Source: Octopus vulgaris (lineage: Eukaryota). From it: DNA of 64,000 nt. Both the position numbers and the translations under genes were made by a program. The stretch covers positions 9,548,001 to 9,612,000 of the forward strand of contig OX597816.1 in the NCBI GenBank assembly GCA_951406725.2. The letters run 5' to 3'. Below are positions 29,100 to 42,500 of the stretch, one piece after another (position 1 is the first letter of the stretch; every line of letters begins with the position of its first letter). The notes below the pieces were generated by a model. The model made no database searches. It was not told the DNA's origin and saw only the letters and a program-made list of their open reading frames with translations.

Positions 29100-30150
29100 T
29101 TAGTGATATGTGTCTTGTTACAGGTGCCATTGTAAGATATATTTTCATCCATTAGATATAGGGGAAACAGTTAAGTCACTGATCAAGATGCTGCTAGTCT
29201 GGTTTACAGTTTTCCCTCTTTTCGCAACTATATAACAACATTTATCCTGACCAAACACCAAGCCTATATCTTTTGAAAATGTTGTAACTAGGTCAAGGCT
29301 CTTCTTCATCTCAGACATATTCTCTGCATATAGTTTCAAGTCATCCACAAAGAAACAATGTGTAATTCTGGTATTTGTTTCCTTGGGAACCAGTGACATA
29401 CTGTTCAGACTTCCTTAACATGAATGACAAGGGGTTTACAGAAAGTATAAACTACCTTACAGAGAGGCTGTCTTCTTGGAATATACCTTTGTGATACTGT
29501 ATTCTATCAGTGACAGCACAATCACTCCTTGGATTTAACTTCAAAATGGTGGCCTATGGCTTTGACTATACTCACTGGAACTTTAGCAAGTTGAAGGACT
29601 TCTAGCATCCATGAATGGGGGACAGAATCAAAGGCTTTCTTGTAGTCTAGCCACATTGAAACTAGGTTCCTCCCATGCTCCCACACCTCTGATATTATGG
29701 TTTTGTTTATTAACAATTGCTCAGGACATCCTCAGGCTCCCTTCTTCCTAGCTGCTTGTTCTGTTGTGATGAAATTAATACCAATTTCATAATGGTCGTG
29801 GAGAAAAAGGTTTAAGCCTGCTGTATACATTTTATACATTAAGTTCTGGCATGTTATTGGCCGGTAATTTTTTTCTATGTGGGTGGTTCTGCTTTTGGAG
29901 ATCTTTTTTGTCTCTGCCAGAGCTAACCAGTGTGATATGCTACTATTTCTAAGGACATATTTCATCAAAATATCACCCTGATTACTACTACAATGATTGT
30001 TGCAGTTGTGTCTGCTATTTACCATAATCATAGTAATGGGACAATGGTCTGCTGCTTTAGTTTGTAATGTAGTTTGGCTGGTAGGCAGTATAGCATCTGT
30101 TGGAAAATCACTAACTGTGAAACCACATGGTGGTTTAACACCTAACATTT
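29100..30150 (-). pseudogene. Decayed R4/Dong-like non-LTR retrotransposon RT fragment; element sequence may extend to ~30560
   Basis: Frameshifted pieces in the correct order: KNYRPITCQNLMYKMYT, WLDYKKAFDSVPHSW, KGIFQEDSLS, THCFFVDDLKLY, FSKDIGLVFGQDKC. Confidence 0.85.
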
Positions 30151-31529
30151 TTGTTTATGTTGTTTGGAAGAAAGTTAATTTCAAATCCTTATTATTTTTA
30201 AAGTTACATTCACTAACTTTCTTCCCATGTTCCATAAATTTTGCTTGTTGACATAATTGTTTCACAGTAAAATGATTTAGTTCTGAGTAAACTGATTTAG
30301 TTCAGTATGATTTCAGTCTGTTCATATTTCCAACAGTAGGGTTTTGTTTTGCTCCTTTATAACAGTTAAGTAAATCAGTATTCAATCCATAAATCCAAGA
30401 AAAATGTGTTTTGTAGTTACAGTTTCTTCTATAACTACAGCTAGAAGGAGTCTCTTTACCTGTTGAGCTGCTGTTTTCATCCTGTTCCTTGGTTGTATTG
30501 TTGATGTTGTGTCCAGCCTTGTTGTTTATAGTAGCTTTCTGCACAGTAAATTCAAGTTTCAGATGAAAATCATTATGGTCTTGAATAAAAAGCTCCTTCG
30601 GTTAATTTATCTGAAGATTAACCAGTTGTTTAACAGGGCTGATAGTTGTGGCTTCAAAGTTGGAGATAATATTCATTGTATTTGTGATAAATAGTCGTCC
30701 ACACCAAGTATGCAACTTGTTGCTTTGAGTATGCATATATGGATGGATAGAGATACATGTATTTACATATTAAAAATTTAGCCTCATACCAGCTACTTTA
30801 TGTTACTGAATGGTTTCCTGCAGAAGTAATTGTGGAGAGTTAGCAATGTCTAATGACTGTTAACTTACCTTTCCACAATTGAAAGGCTGTTCACCATAGA
30901 ATTGCCTAGTAACATAAATAGGCTGGAATGAGACTAAAATTATAATTTTGTATAAATCATATATTCACTCTGTTGCTTGATGCACAAGAAGTGCCTGTTT
31001 TCTCTGACTTATAAAAGCTTATTAGACAACTTATAAATATATATAACCTACACAAAGTCATTTTGCACACATATATGTATAATGATCAAAATAACTTATA
31101 TCCATGCCAAACATTATCAGATAAGATAGTATGAAATTAATATTTACTCCCATAGGTAACAATAGGATAAAAGTATAAGTAAAAATTAAAATATTATCTT
31201 ATTATGTTCAGGTATTTGTTTTGCGCGATTCTTGAAATAGATATTGTTTTACTTGGGGATGGTCATATTTTGCCAATTATATTTGGTCTTCACTTCAGCT
31301 TTACTATTATTGTTTTAATTTTTTTGTCAAGGCTCTTTTGCCACACATCCTGTGACCTCTTCAACAACTCTTTATCCCATGCGTATCCTCGTGTCTTGCT
31401 TAATCCAATATCATCTGTTTTCTACAAAAGAAAACTGTGATCTTGCATATATAGTAGAGGAAGCTGAAGATGCTAGAAAATCATCACAATTGAAATATTA
31501 GACTATATATAGATTATACAGATGTGTAT

Positions 31530-31900
31530 AGGTGCAGGAGTGGCTGTGTGGTAAGTAGCTTGCTAACCAGCCACATGTTTCTGGGTCTTCTGCTATAGCC
31601 TCGGGCCGACCAAAGCCTTGTGAGTGGATTTGGTAGACGGAAACTGAAAGAAGCCTGTCATGTATATATATATATATGTATGTGTACGTATATGTTTGTG
31701 TATCTGTGTTTGTCCCTCGGCTTGACAACCGATGCTGGTGTGTTTACGTCCCTGTCACTTAGCGGTTCGGCAAAAGAGACCGATAGAATAAGTACTGGGC
31801 TTAAAAAAAGAATATGTCCCGGGGTCGATTTGCTCGTCTACAGGCGGTGCTCCAGCATGGCCACAGTCAAAATGACTGAAACAAGTAAAAGAGTAAAAAT
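31530..31900 (+). mobile_element. Young family A tRNA-SINE with the B-box region deleted
   Basis: Close to the 27739 copy but lacks ~30 bp between CCACATG...GG and GTCTTCTGCTATAG. Confidence 0.88.
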
Positions 31901-33046
31901 AGTATATTTGTCCAAATTAATAGCATTACTTCATTAATGCCAAACTTCAGGTGTAAATTTAATGTTATGCTAAGGTGATGGCAGTGAAGCAAAACAAAAA
32001 TACTACTGCTTTTATTGAAGGAAATATTAAAAAATAATCTAGGGTAGACATAAAAGTTTAAGTGGATTTGTGGGTCAGAAAGTACAGTATAAATACATAT
32101 TCATAATACAGGTGCTGGAATAGCTGTATGGTCAAGAAGTTCACTTCTCAAACTCATAGTTATAGGTTCAGTTCTACTATGTTGCAACTTGGGTATCTTT
32201 TACAAGATACCCAAGTTGCTTCAAGACATTGCCTTGTGAATTTATGTTGTAGATAGAAACTACAAAGGCCATCATATACCTGTCTATACATTCACCTATC
32301 TGTCTGTCTATCTAGCTCTATATGCATGTGTATATGTGTGTTACTGTTAGTGCATATGTGAATGCTTACATTTTGCATTTGACGCAAAAAAGTACTGAGT
32401 TACAAAGAGTGAAGTTTGCAGACATTCCCTACCAATATTTTATCTGCTGGCTTTGCACTTTTGAAGACAAGTGAATTATAAATAAAACATAGATTAGAAA
32501 TTAGCAATAAGAAGGGTATCAAGCTGTAAAACAATGCTGCTTCAATACTATATACTCATCTAACCTGTGCCAGAATGGAAAGATGGGTGTAAAACGGATG
32601 GACAAACAAAAATGAGTTCAGCATAAATATTGTTGATATGTAAAATTAAGTTACAATTTAGTTTTCAAAAGAATTACTTGTTTTTCCTAGGTGTTCTGGA
32701 GATGCAGAAATGTTTATATTTAAAATAACCTTGGAATGTCTGATTTAGATTAGTAAACATAAATGCTGACTAATATCTTTTTGCAACACATTTGCCAGGA
32801 GCAAGTTAAAAATTGAAATGTAAAATTATTTTTAAAGACTACCAGAAAGAATAATTTGCTTTTTTTTTGTTTTTTTATAGCAGACTTAGTTATTTAGACA
32901 AAATTACTTTGAGAATGAAAATATAAGTGCTTAAGTCAATGAACACAAATGGAAAATGATTAGATTATTTTTAAAAAAAGAACTTCTGCTAACACAAACA
33001 ACTTGTATTCGTATAGTAAAATTTTAGAATATACATGTATATTTAG

Positions 33047-33084
<38 letters not shown>

Positions 33085-33881
33085 CTCAGGAAAGACTATT
33101 ACATAGTTGCTGCTATAGAATAAAGGCTTTTTCACTAAAACATTTAAAACGTAAATGAAAATATTTTCAAATTTTATGTGTATGTGTGTGTGCATGTGTG
33201 TGAGTTTAAGAAGTTTGTTTTGCAAGCATATGGTCTCTGGCTTCATCCCATTATGTGCCATCTTGGATAAAGTGTCTACTACTAAAATCTTAGGTTGAAC
33301 TTTTCAGTGAAATCTTAGTAGAGAGAAACTGTTTGTATGTGTGTGTGTATATCTTGTGTGTACAGTTAGATGTGTGGCTACAACTGTATGAGATAGAGCT
33401 CCACCTAGATTATCATTATCTAATCAGTTTTCAGTATAATGGTTAGTTGACCAGTATACTTAGCAGGATTACTAGTTGTGATATACAGAGCATACGTAGT
33501 GAAAAATTCAGATAATCACCAGATTAAATGTCTAGTTTTTACATACATTTCCCCATTGTAGTTATTTGCAATTCAGCATTGGATGTTCCAATTGCAGCTG
33601 GATGCCTAACCACAATGGATTATCAAGAGAACACTTTATTGCATTCTGTGACAGAACTCAAATATCTGAAGTCAGACATATGGTAAGGTATGTTATAAGT
33701 ATTAAGTAAAAGTGGTGGTGTTCCATCACCATTGGAATTGAAAACTTTGAAGCCACCAAAAGAGAAATGGAAGAAATCAAATGACGGGAGATAAAGGCTT
33801 GACAAAATCAATCTCGTCCTCCACCAACATTACCGTGCAGTCAAGGACATCGACTCTTCAATGCAAGAATTGGTCTACAAT

Positions 33882-34270
33882 CGTGGAGGCGCAATGGCCC
33901 AGTGGTTAGGGCAGCGGACTCGCGGTCATAGGATCGCGGTTTCAATTCCCAGACCGGGCGTTGTGAGTGTTTATTGAGCGAAAACACCTAAAAGCTCCAC
34001 GAGGCTCCGGCAGGGGATGGTGGTGATCCCTGCAGTACTCTTTCACCACAACTTTCTCTCACTCTTACTTCCTGTTTCTGTTGTACCTGTATTTCAAAGG
34101 GCTGGCCTTGTCACTCTGTGTCACACTGAATATCCCCGAGAACTATGTTAAGGGTGCACGTGTCTGTGGAGTGCTCAGCCACTTACACGTTAATTTCACG
34201 AGCAGGCTGTTCCATTGATTCGGATCAACCGGAACCCTCATCATCGTAACCGACGGAGTGCTTCCATCCA
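33882..34270 (+). mobile_element. Young tRNA-derived SINE (family C) with an 8 bp TSD
   Basis: A box TGGCCCAGTGG, B-box-like GGTTTCAATTCCC, CpG-rich. TCTACAAT occurs at 33874-33881 and 34271-34278. Confidence 0.9.
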
Positions 34271-34619
34271 TCTACAATTATCAATGGCATCACCATAAAG
34301 GAAGCATTCAGCAAAGAAACTAAATTCTCAGATACAAGATAAAGCTGCAACTGATTTCTATATTTATGTGTGTGTGTGTGTGTGTGTGCGTAATTCAGTT
34401 CTCACTAAATGTGACTGAGGGTGCCGGGTAGCACCTATATTGCTAGAAATAAAAGTTAAAAATATTTAGAGCTGCAAGAAAGCACATTTTCATAAACTGA
34501 CAGGGGAGATAACTGTCCTATAAGTGAAACCAGAACACGACTAGTGCGCCACCATACATTTTGGGAGGTAAAACCCAGCTTTTACATACTCCTTCAACAA
34601 CACCAATCTTGAGATGTCT

Positions 34620-35365
34620 GTTAGTGAATGTGGTGTGGGTATTATTTATCAGCAGCAATCTGCATTGGACAAACCACATCTCTAAGATTGTCAAGAAGGC
34701 TGGAGGTGTTTTAGCATCACTTTGTAAGACTTTTATCAGTCGCTCTCTAGCTATCTATTTAAAGCTGTAATTTAAAAATAGGATAAAATCTTTATAAGAA
34801 TTTATCAAGTAGTTAGTGTGAAAAACCTCATAAGAGAAAAAAAAAACCATCAATTATTTTCTTTTAAATGTATTCATTTTTATTTTATAGAGGGCATTAT
34901 TACACATAAATGCCTCACGCTAGGAGGGACTTTCAAAGTCAAAACTACTAAACTATTTAAAGTTGTATATGACTATGGTATGTTCATACTTAGAGTTTGC
35001 ATCACCAGTCTGGAACCCCTGTCTTGTTCAGCATATCAATCCCCTGGAAACTGCTCAGAAATGTGCCCAGTGAATACTTGCCATTGGGTATCTACCATAC
35101 TCTGAACATCTTGCTTCACTTGGCATTTACACATTAAATCTCTGACATCAACTGACTTCGTAGACACCCACAAGATTATCCACCTGATGCCTAAGTGTAT
35201 TTTTTGTGTAGACTTATTAACTGTTTGATTCCTGTGCATATTCTATGTACTGTTCATGCAGTTTTGGTTACTTTTTCTGATGAGTTGTAATGCACCTGAG
35301 TGCATACAATAAGTTCATTATTATTATTATTATTATTATTGTTGTTGTTATTATTATTATTATTG
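34620..35365 (+). pseudogene. Decayed CR1/L2-type LINE 3' fragment with an (ATT)n tail, interrupted by a 183 bp insert
   Basis: SSNLHWTNHISKIVKKA...IYLKL then LEFASPVWNP; ends in (ATT)n at ~35317-35362. Confidence 0.75.
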
Positions 35366-36482
35366 CTATTATAACACCGTTGCAATATGTCAAAAAATTT
35401 TTTGACTATTTCTTTGATTACATTCTATAGTTAAGTTTATTTAAAACATAACATGAATTTGTTTCATTATATTAAAGATTTCATTTATGTATTTGATTTT
35501 CTTCCATAGTTATAACTGTTTAAATCATAGCACTTAAGGATACAGAAATGCCACCACAAGCAGAGTAGGTAATATTATTGCTATCTTTATTATTTCTTTA
35601 AGTTCAATATAAAGTTACATTTAATATAAATAATTAAGTTGCACTTTATAAAAAGAATAAACATAAGATTTGAGGAATAAAAAGTAAATTTCTTCGTTGT
35701 TTCTATTAAACAGCAGTTTAGACAGCTGAATTGAATCGACTTCATGGCTATTACATTGTACTTCTAATCGAGTAACATTGCATTTCTTCTTACAGCCACT
35801 CTTGTTAAAAATAGGATCTACCTATAGTGGAATAGTGTTTAGAAGTAAAATAAATTCTCAAAAGAAATAACAAATATCAAATTTGTTTTGTTTCTTAATC
35901 TGTGCTTGCATAGACAAATAGATGCTTCAAGGTTAGAATTGCGTAACATTCGCAGATGTGTTTATTACTGTTTTTAAAAATGCAATATTTAAAAAGAGTA
36001 TTTTTAGACAGCACTTCCTTTATAATTGACTTCAAACATATGTTTCTCTCTTTATATATGCCAATGTAATGTGTATAATGTGAAGGAGAAATTTATAGGA
36101 AATATATTTTATTCATAACTATGCTATAAATTAAAAAAAAAAAATTTAATTTTCAGTAAATGTGAATATAAAACACTTGAAAATAATAACAAAACAAAAA
36201 AATGAACATCAGCATCATTGTCATTGTTGTTGTCATTGTCATTATAACATCTACTTTTTCATGCTTGCATGGGTCAGATAGAATTCACCAAGGCTGATTT
36301 TCAACAGCCAGATGCTCTTCCTGACACCAATCCTCACCTGTTTTCAAGAAAATTAATATTTCCCCTTGGAAATATTCTGCTTTTGCAGAATACTGGAAAT
36401 GAATGACACTGCTTGTAATGACAATGGCACTAATTTTTACATCTATCATGTGATGCCAAGATAATTTGACACATACGCACAC

Positions 36483-36627
36483 GGGAGGTTCTTCCAGTTT
36501 CCATCTACCAAATCCTATTTGGTTGGCTTGGGGCTGTAGTAGAAGACACTTGTCCAAAGTGTTATGCAGAAGGACTGAACCTAAAACCATATGGTTGGGA
36601 AGCAAACTGCTAACCCACACACCCATA
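36483..36627 (-). mobile_element. Family A SINE 5' half. Similar partial copies at ~8100-8220, 12405-12575 and 38730-38872 (minus) and ~32110-32280 and 60796-60900 (plus)
   Basis: Reverse complement of the head: ...GAAGACACTTGTCCAA...GGACTGAACC...ACCATATGGTTGGGAAGCAA. Confidence 0.75.
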
Positions 36628-39433
36628 CTGTACTGATATTAATTTTGAGAACAAACCATTTCTGAGTTTTGTTAAAAACTTTTTACTAATCTAAGAAATG
36701 GATCACCTATCCTATTAAACTTGGTTGTTGTTATTCTTCAATAATTCCTTAATTTTTGTGAAAAGCAAAGAAAGCAAGCGTCTTGCTTAAGGTCATGTTA
36801 TAATGCCTGTTAGCTTTGTCTCTATCATCTTAATCATGGATTCACTACAGTATCTAGAGTTATGAATTCTGGAATATTCACAACTTAACTTCTGCTAGTA
36901 TCACTACCACATTTTATGTTTAGACAAAAAGCTGCTTCCAGCAGAAATTTTGCAGACATCATTTTAATTGCACAAAATGAATAGAACACAAACACCTGCT
37001 TAATATGTAAATGAAGTGTGAGCAGTCTCAGCTACTTTTAGCATAAAATAGCTACAAGAACACTATTACATTTCCTCATTTAAAGTTGAAAACTGCTTTG
37101 CTTTGAAGTTGTTTTAGTTTTGTATAAATTATGAATTAAGATTTCATTATACGAAATACAGAATTAAAAAAAAAATTACATCTTTCTTTATACTTATGGT
37201 TATGATAATAGTCAAATAATGTATTGATTTAATTTTGATAATATATTCTCTTAAAACAGGTCATAAAATAATAAAATGGAAAGTATATATATTTTTAAAA
37301 AATTAAAAACTTGAGCTTTAATATTTTCATATAGTCTTCAATAAGCCACAATAAAAATAATATTGTGTAATTCTTCAAGATGTACATAAGAATTTGATAA
37401 TGACATTTTCAAAAATTATAGGATTTAAGGTATTATATTTCCAAAGAATGAAAGATGTTGGGAGAAAATTAATCAAAACTACAGTGTTATTTTCACTAAA
37501 TACATTACAGCTGATTACATAGACAGTAGCACGTTAGCCATGATGAGATGGGTTTCAAGAATAAAGAAAAAAGAAAGAAAAATAGAAAAAATATTGATTC
37601 TGAAACTTTTCTTCTGCAAGAATAATTTCATGCTTAGCCTTCATCTTAGCACATTGTAGACAGGAAAGGGTAGAGAGGAAAAAAAGATGGCGAGACTACT
37701 AAAGTATTGCATGGTTAGGCAATTGAAACTATAAACTAAAAAAAAAAAGTTAATATATGTTAATTACATGAAAAGTAAACAGTTAAAATGATGCAAATTA
37801 GTCAGCTATCTTAAAATGGACAACATTATTTCAAAAAATAAAAATTAAATAAAATAAAAAATCACTTAGTTATTCAAAGAGATGTGAAATAGACAGCTGA
37901 AATTACATGAACATGGCAAGCAAAATTGACAAAAATTAACGAAAATGATATCAATTAGACTTTTGCGATAGGAATTAATCAGTGAGCAGATTGAGAACTA
38001 ATCATTTGATGTGATGTCTCAAGCGATTAAAAATATGTGAATTATCTAAAATGATGAGATTGGTTAAGTTGATGTGATTGATACAGTTATAATATCGAGA
38101 ATTAAGTCACGACGAGAATTAGCTAATTTGATGACAGCTAATTGAGAAGCTATGTTTTAGGAAAGTAGAATAGAGGACTGGCACGTGTGATGAAAATGGT
38201 TATATTGTTTAAGATTAGACGATACTAGAGTTGAGAATTTAGTTTTCTAATAGACTTGGACAGACAATATGTTGTGTATAGAGGTTTCCCATCTTAATAG
38301 TATATCTTCCATTAATTCCTTTCATAAATTACTTTACCTATGCATTAATTTTTATTTTTAAAATAATACCTCAAAATGTTTACTAAAATCCTCTGCTTTA
38401 ATACTAATCTTTTATTCATCATCTTCATCATCATTGTGTTAATGTCTACTTTTCTATGTTTGGACCAGAAAAATACTCATTGAGGCAAATGTTTTATGGA
38501 GAGATGTCCTTCCTGTCTGTTTTCAGTTGTTCCCTGTTTTCACCTGTTTTAAATGTTCCCAAGTAAGTTAATATTTCCCCATGTCCAGACATGTTTTTCA
38601 TGGAAGATTGAAAACATATATGTTGGTAATGCTTGTTCACAACTATTTGATGTCAAAACAAAGAGACAATAACACATATTAGTGTGGGAAAAACACATTA
38701 AATGATGATGATATGATGATCACATACACAACAGGCTTCTTTCACTTTCTGTCTACCAAATCCATTCACCAGATTTTGACTGGCCCAAAGTAGAGGACAC
38801 TTGCCTATGATGCTGTACAGTGGGACTGAACTCCAAATCAGGCAGTTGGGAAGTAAACTTTTTAGGTACACACAGAGTTTTAATCATAAGACTTTGGTTG
38901 ACTTAAGGCTGTTATAAAGCACTTGCTCAAGATGCCCTTCAATGGATATGGACCTGGGAAATCAAAACTGTGGAGAAAACTTCTCAACTAAATGGCATCA
39001 AGTTAATGAATAAGACAGCTAACATCATCGTATCCCTTACAAGGGTCACTTCTTATGCTTCACATAACCACTCTAGCTATTTACAAGTACAATAAGAATA
39101 TTAATGTAGTAATGAAATAATTAACTGAACAAATAAATTGAAATAAATAATGTTATTTCCTCAAAGAATTTCTTTCCAAAAGAAAAAAACAAACACTAGG
39201 TTTTATTGCAAAGGCCTGAAAATATTTTGAAATACACTTATGAGTTCATATAAATATTTTAAGGAAATATTAAATAAGATTTGATGCATAGATATTTTTG
39301 CCAACATGGTTTATTTATTTTTGGAAACTTAACAGTTTCCAAAAAAAGTCATTTTTGGAAACTTAAATCAGAGGGAAACTTCCCCTTTTTAAGAAATCTG
39401 TATAAGGAAAAGCTTATCTTGGTTAGATTTATT

Positions 39434-39557
39434 TTAACCCTTTAACAGGCAGATTACTCTTCCAAATATAGTGCTTATTTATTCACGTCATTTTGAATTA
39501 ATCTTGTATTATATCATAGCTTCTAGACTTCAAAGATTTGACTGCTTGTTTTTAGAA
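39434..39557 (+). mobile_element. Left part of a TTAA-CCC (piggyBac-like end) MITE, interrupted by the array plus LINE
   Basis: Starts TTAACCCTTT and runs to ...TTTTTAGAAT. It matches my recollection of a common octopus MITE whose continuation (ATTGTAGGGTA...) lies at 58066. Confidence 0.6.
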
Positions 39558-42500
39558 TATGTTCCCCCCTTCCCATAACCATCATCGCCATGGTCCTCTA
39601 TGCCCCCCCACTCCCCAAAACCATCATCGCCATACATAAAAGAGCGATCGCATTTATCGTTAACCCCACTCGCTTCAAAATATCTAAAGAATACGCACAG
39701 ATCATGAATGGCTAAAAGTTAAGTGAATCGTTCAACCTCGCTACGACTACCTTCTTTCTTGCACTTATCCTTACTCTTTCTCTATTCTTCAATTTCCATC
39801 TCATTGTATTGTCCCTCATTCTTTCAGTATTCCCTCATTACCCTGTCTAGCTCAAACATTTTTTTCGTTTAGACTTGTCTCCAGGTTCATAGCCACTCTG
39901 ATTTTTCAATTTTTCAATTTTTCGTTTAGTATTGTCTCCCGATTCATACTAACCCATTTGCTAGCTCACGATTAACAGAACCTCTTTACTCAGCTACGGT
40001 GTTATATTAGCTATCAATAATGATATTCCCTCTGATTTTTCTGATTTTCAAACCTATTTATCTAATGTTTATTTATCGACAATGCCGTCCCCAGTCAAAT
40101 TCCCTCACACCGCTTATTGTCACGTGTCCCTTGACCTCTCTCTCTAACTAACCCTATCTCTCTCTCTCGCTATGTTCCCCCCTTCCCATAACCATCATCG
40201 CCATGGTCCTCTATGCCCCCCCCCCCACTCCCCAAAACCATCATCGCCATACATAAAAGAGCGATCGCATTTATCGTTAACCCCACTCGCTTCAAAATAT
40301 CTAAAGAATACGCACAGATCATGAATGGCTAAAAGTTAAGTGAATCGTTCAACCTCGCTACGACTACCTTCTTTCTTGCACTTATCCTTACTCTTTCTCT
40401 ATTCTTCAATTTCCATCTCATTGTATTGTCCCTCATTCTTTCAGTATTCCCTCATTACCCTGTCTAGCTCAAACATTTTTTTCGTTTAGACTTGTCTCCA
40501 GGTTCATAGCCACTCTGATTTTTCAATTTTTCAATTTTTCGTTTAGTATTGTCTCCCGATTCATACTAACCCATTTGCTAGCTCACGATTAACAGAACCT
40601 CTTTACTCAGCTACGGTGTTATATTAGCTATCAATAATGATATTCCCTCTGATTTTTCTGATTTTCAAACCTATTTATCTAATGTTTATTTATCGACAAT
40701 GCCGTCCCCAGTCAAATTCCCTCACACCGCTTATTGTCACGTGTCCCTTGACCTCTCTCTCTAACTAACCCTATCTCTCTCTCTCGCTATGTTCCCCCCT
40801 TCCCATAACCATCATCGCCATGGTCCTCTATGCCCCCCCCCCCCTCCCCAAAACCATCATCGCCATACATAAAAGAGCGATCGCATTTATCGTTAACCCC
40901 ACTCGCTTCAAAATATCTAAAGAATACGCACAGATCATGAATGGCTAAAAGTTAAGTGAATCGTTCAACCTCGCTACGACTACCTTCTTTCTTGCACTTA
41001 TCCTTACTCTTTCTCTATTCTTCAATTTCCATCTCATTGTATTGTCCCTCATTCTTTCAGTATTCCCTCATTACCCTGTCTAGCTCAAACATTTTTTTCG
41101 TTTAGACTTGTCTCCAGGTTCATAGCCACTCTGATTTTTCAATTTTTCAATTTTTCGTTTAGTATTGTCTCCCGATTCATACTAACCCATTTGCTAGCTC
41201 ACGATTAACAGAACCTCTTTACTCAGCTACGGTGTTATATTAGCTATCAATAATGATATTCCCTCTGATTTTTCTGATTTTCAAACCTATTTATCTAATG
41301 TTTATTTATCGACAATGCCGTCCCCAGTCAAATTCCCTCACACCGCTTATTGTCACGTGTCCCTTGACCTCTCTCTCTAACTAACCCTATCTCTCTCTCG
41401 CTATGTTCCCCCTTCCCATAACCATCATCGCCATGGTCCTCTATGCCCCCCCCCACTCCCCAAAACCATCATCGCCATACATAAAAGAGCGATCGCATTT
41501 ATCGTTAACCCCACTCGCTTCAAAATATCTAAAGAATACGCACAGATCATGAATGGCTAAAAGTTAAGTGAATCGTTCAACCTCGCTACGACTACCTTCT
41601 TTCTTGCACTTATCCTTACTCTTTCTCTATTCTTCAATTTCCATCTCATTGTATTGTCCCTCATTCTTTCAGTATTCCCTCATTACCCTGTCTAGCTCAA
41701 ACATTTTTTTCGTTTAGACTTGTCTCCAGGTTCATAGCCACTCTGATTTTTCAATTTTTCAATTTTTCGTTTAGTATTGTCTCCCGATGCATACTAACCC
41801 ATTTGCTAGCTCACGATTAACAGAACCTCTTTACTCAGCTACGGTGTTATATTAGCTATCAATAATGATATTCCCTCTGATTTTTCTGATTTTCAAACCT
41901 ATTTATCTAATGTTTATTTATCGACAATGCCGTCCCCAGTCAAATTCCCTCACACCGCTTATTGTCACGTGTCCCTTGACCTCTCTCTCTAACTAACCCT
42001 ATCTCTCTCTCTCGCTATGTTCCCCCCTTCCCATAACCATCATCGCCATGGTCCTCTATGCCCCCCCCACTCCCCAAAACCATCATCGCCATACATAAAA
42101 GAGCGATCGCATTTATCGTTAACCCCACTCGCTTCAAAATATCTAAAGAATACGCACAGATCATGAATGGCTAAAAGTTAAGTGAATCGTTCAACCTCGC
42201 TACGACTACCTTCTTTCTTGCACTTATCCTTACTCTTTCTCTATTCTTCAATTTCCATCTCATTGTATTGTCCCTCATTCTTTCAGTATTCCCTCATTAC
42301 CCTGTCTAGCTCAAACATTTTTTTCGTTTAGACTTGTCTCCAGGTTCATAGCCACTCTGATTTTTCAATTTTTCAATTTTTCGTTTAGTATTGTCTCCCG
42401 ATTCATACTAACCCATTTGCTAGCTCACGATTAACAGAACCTCTTTACTCAGCTACGGTGTTATATTAGCTATCAATAATGATATTCCCTCTGATTTTTC

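Noticed and set aside
33882-33955. tRNA gene
   Set aside because: The tRNA-like head continues into a SINE body bounded by TSDs, and no complete cloverleaf is seen.
40083-40104. CCCCAGTCAAATTCCC resembles the antisense of a conserved 28S rRNA segment
   Set aside because: Only ~15 matching bases with no extension; likely chance.
40144-40156. CTAACCCT telomere-like motif in each monomer
   Set aside because: A single partial unit, not a tandem TTAGGG tract.
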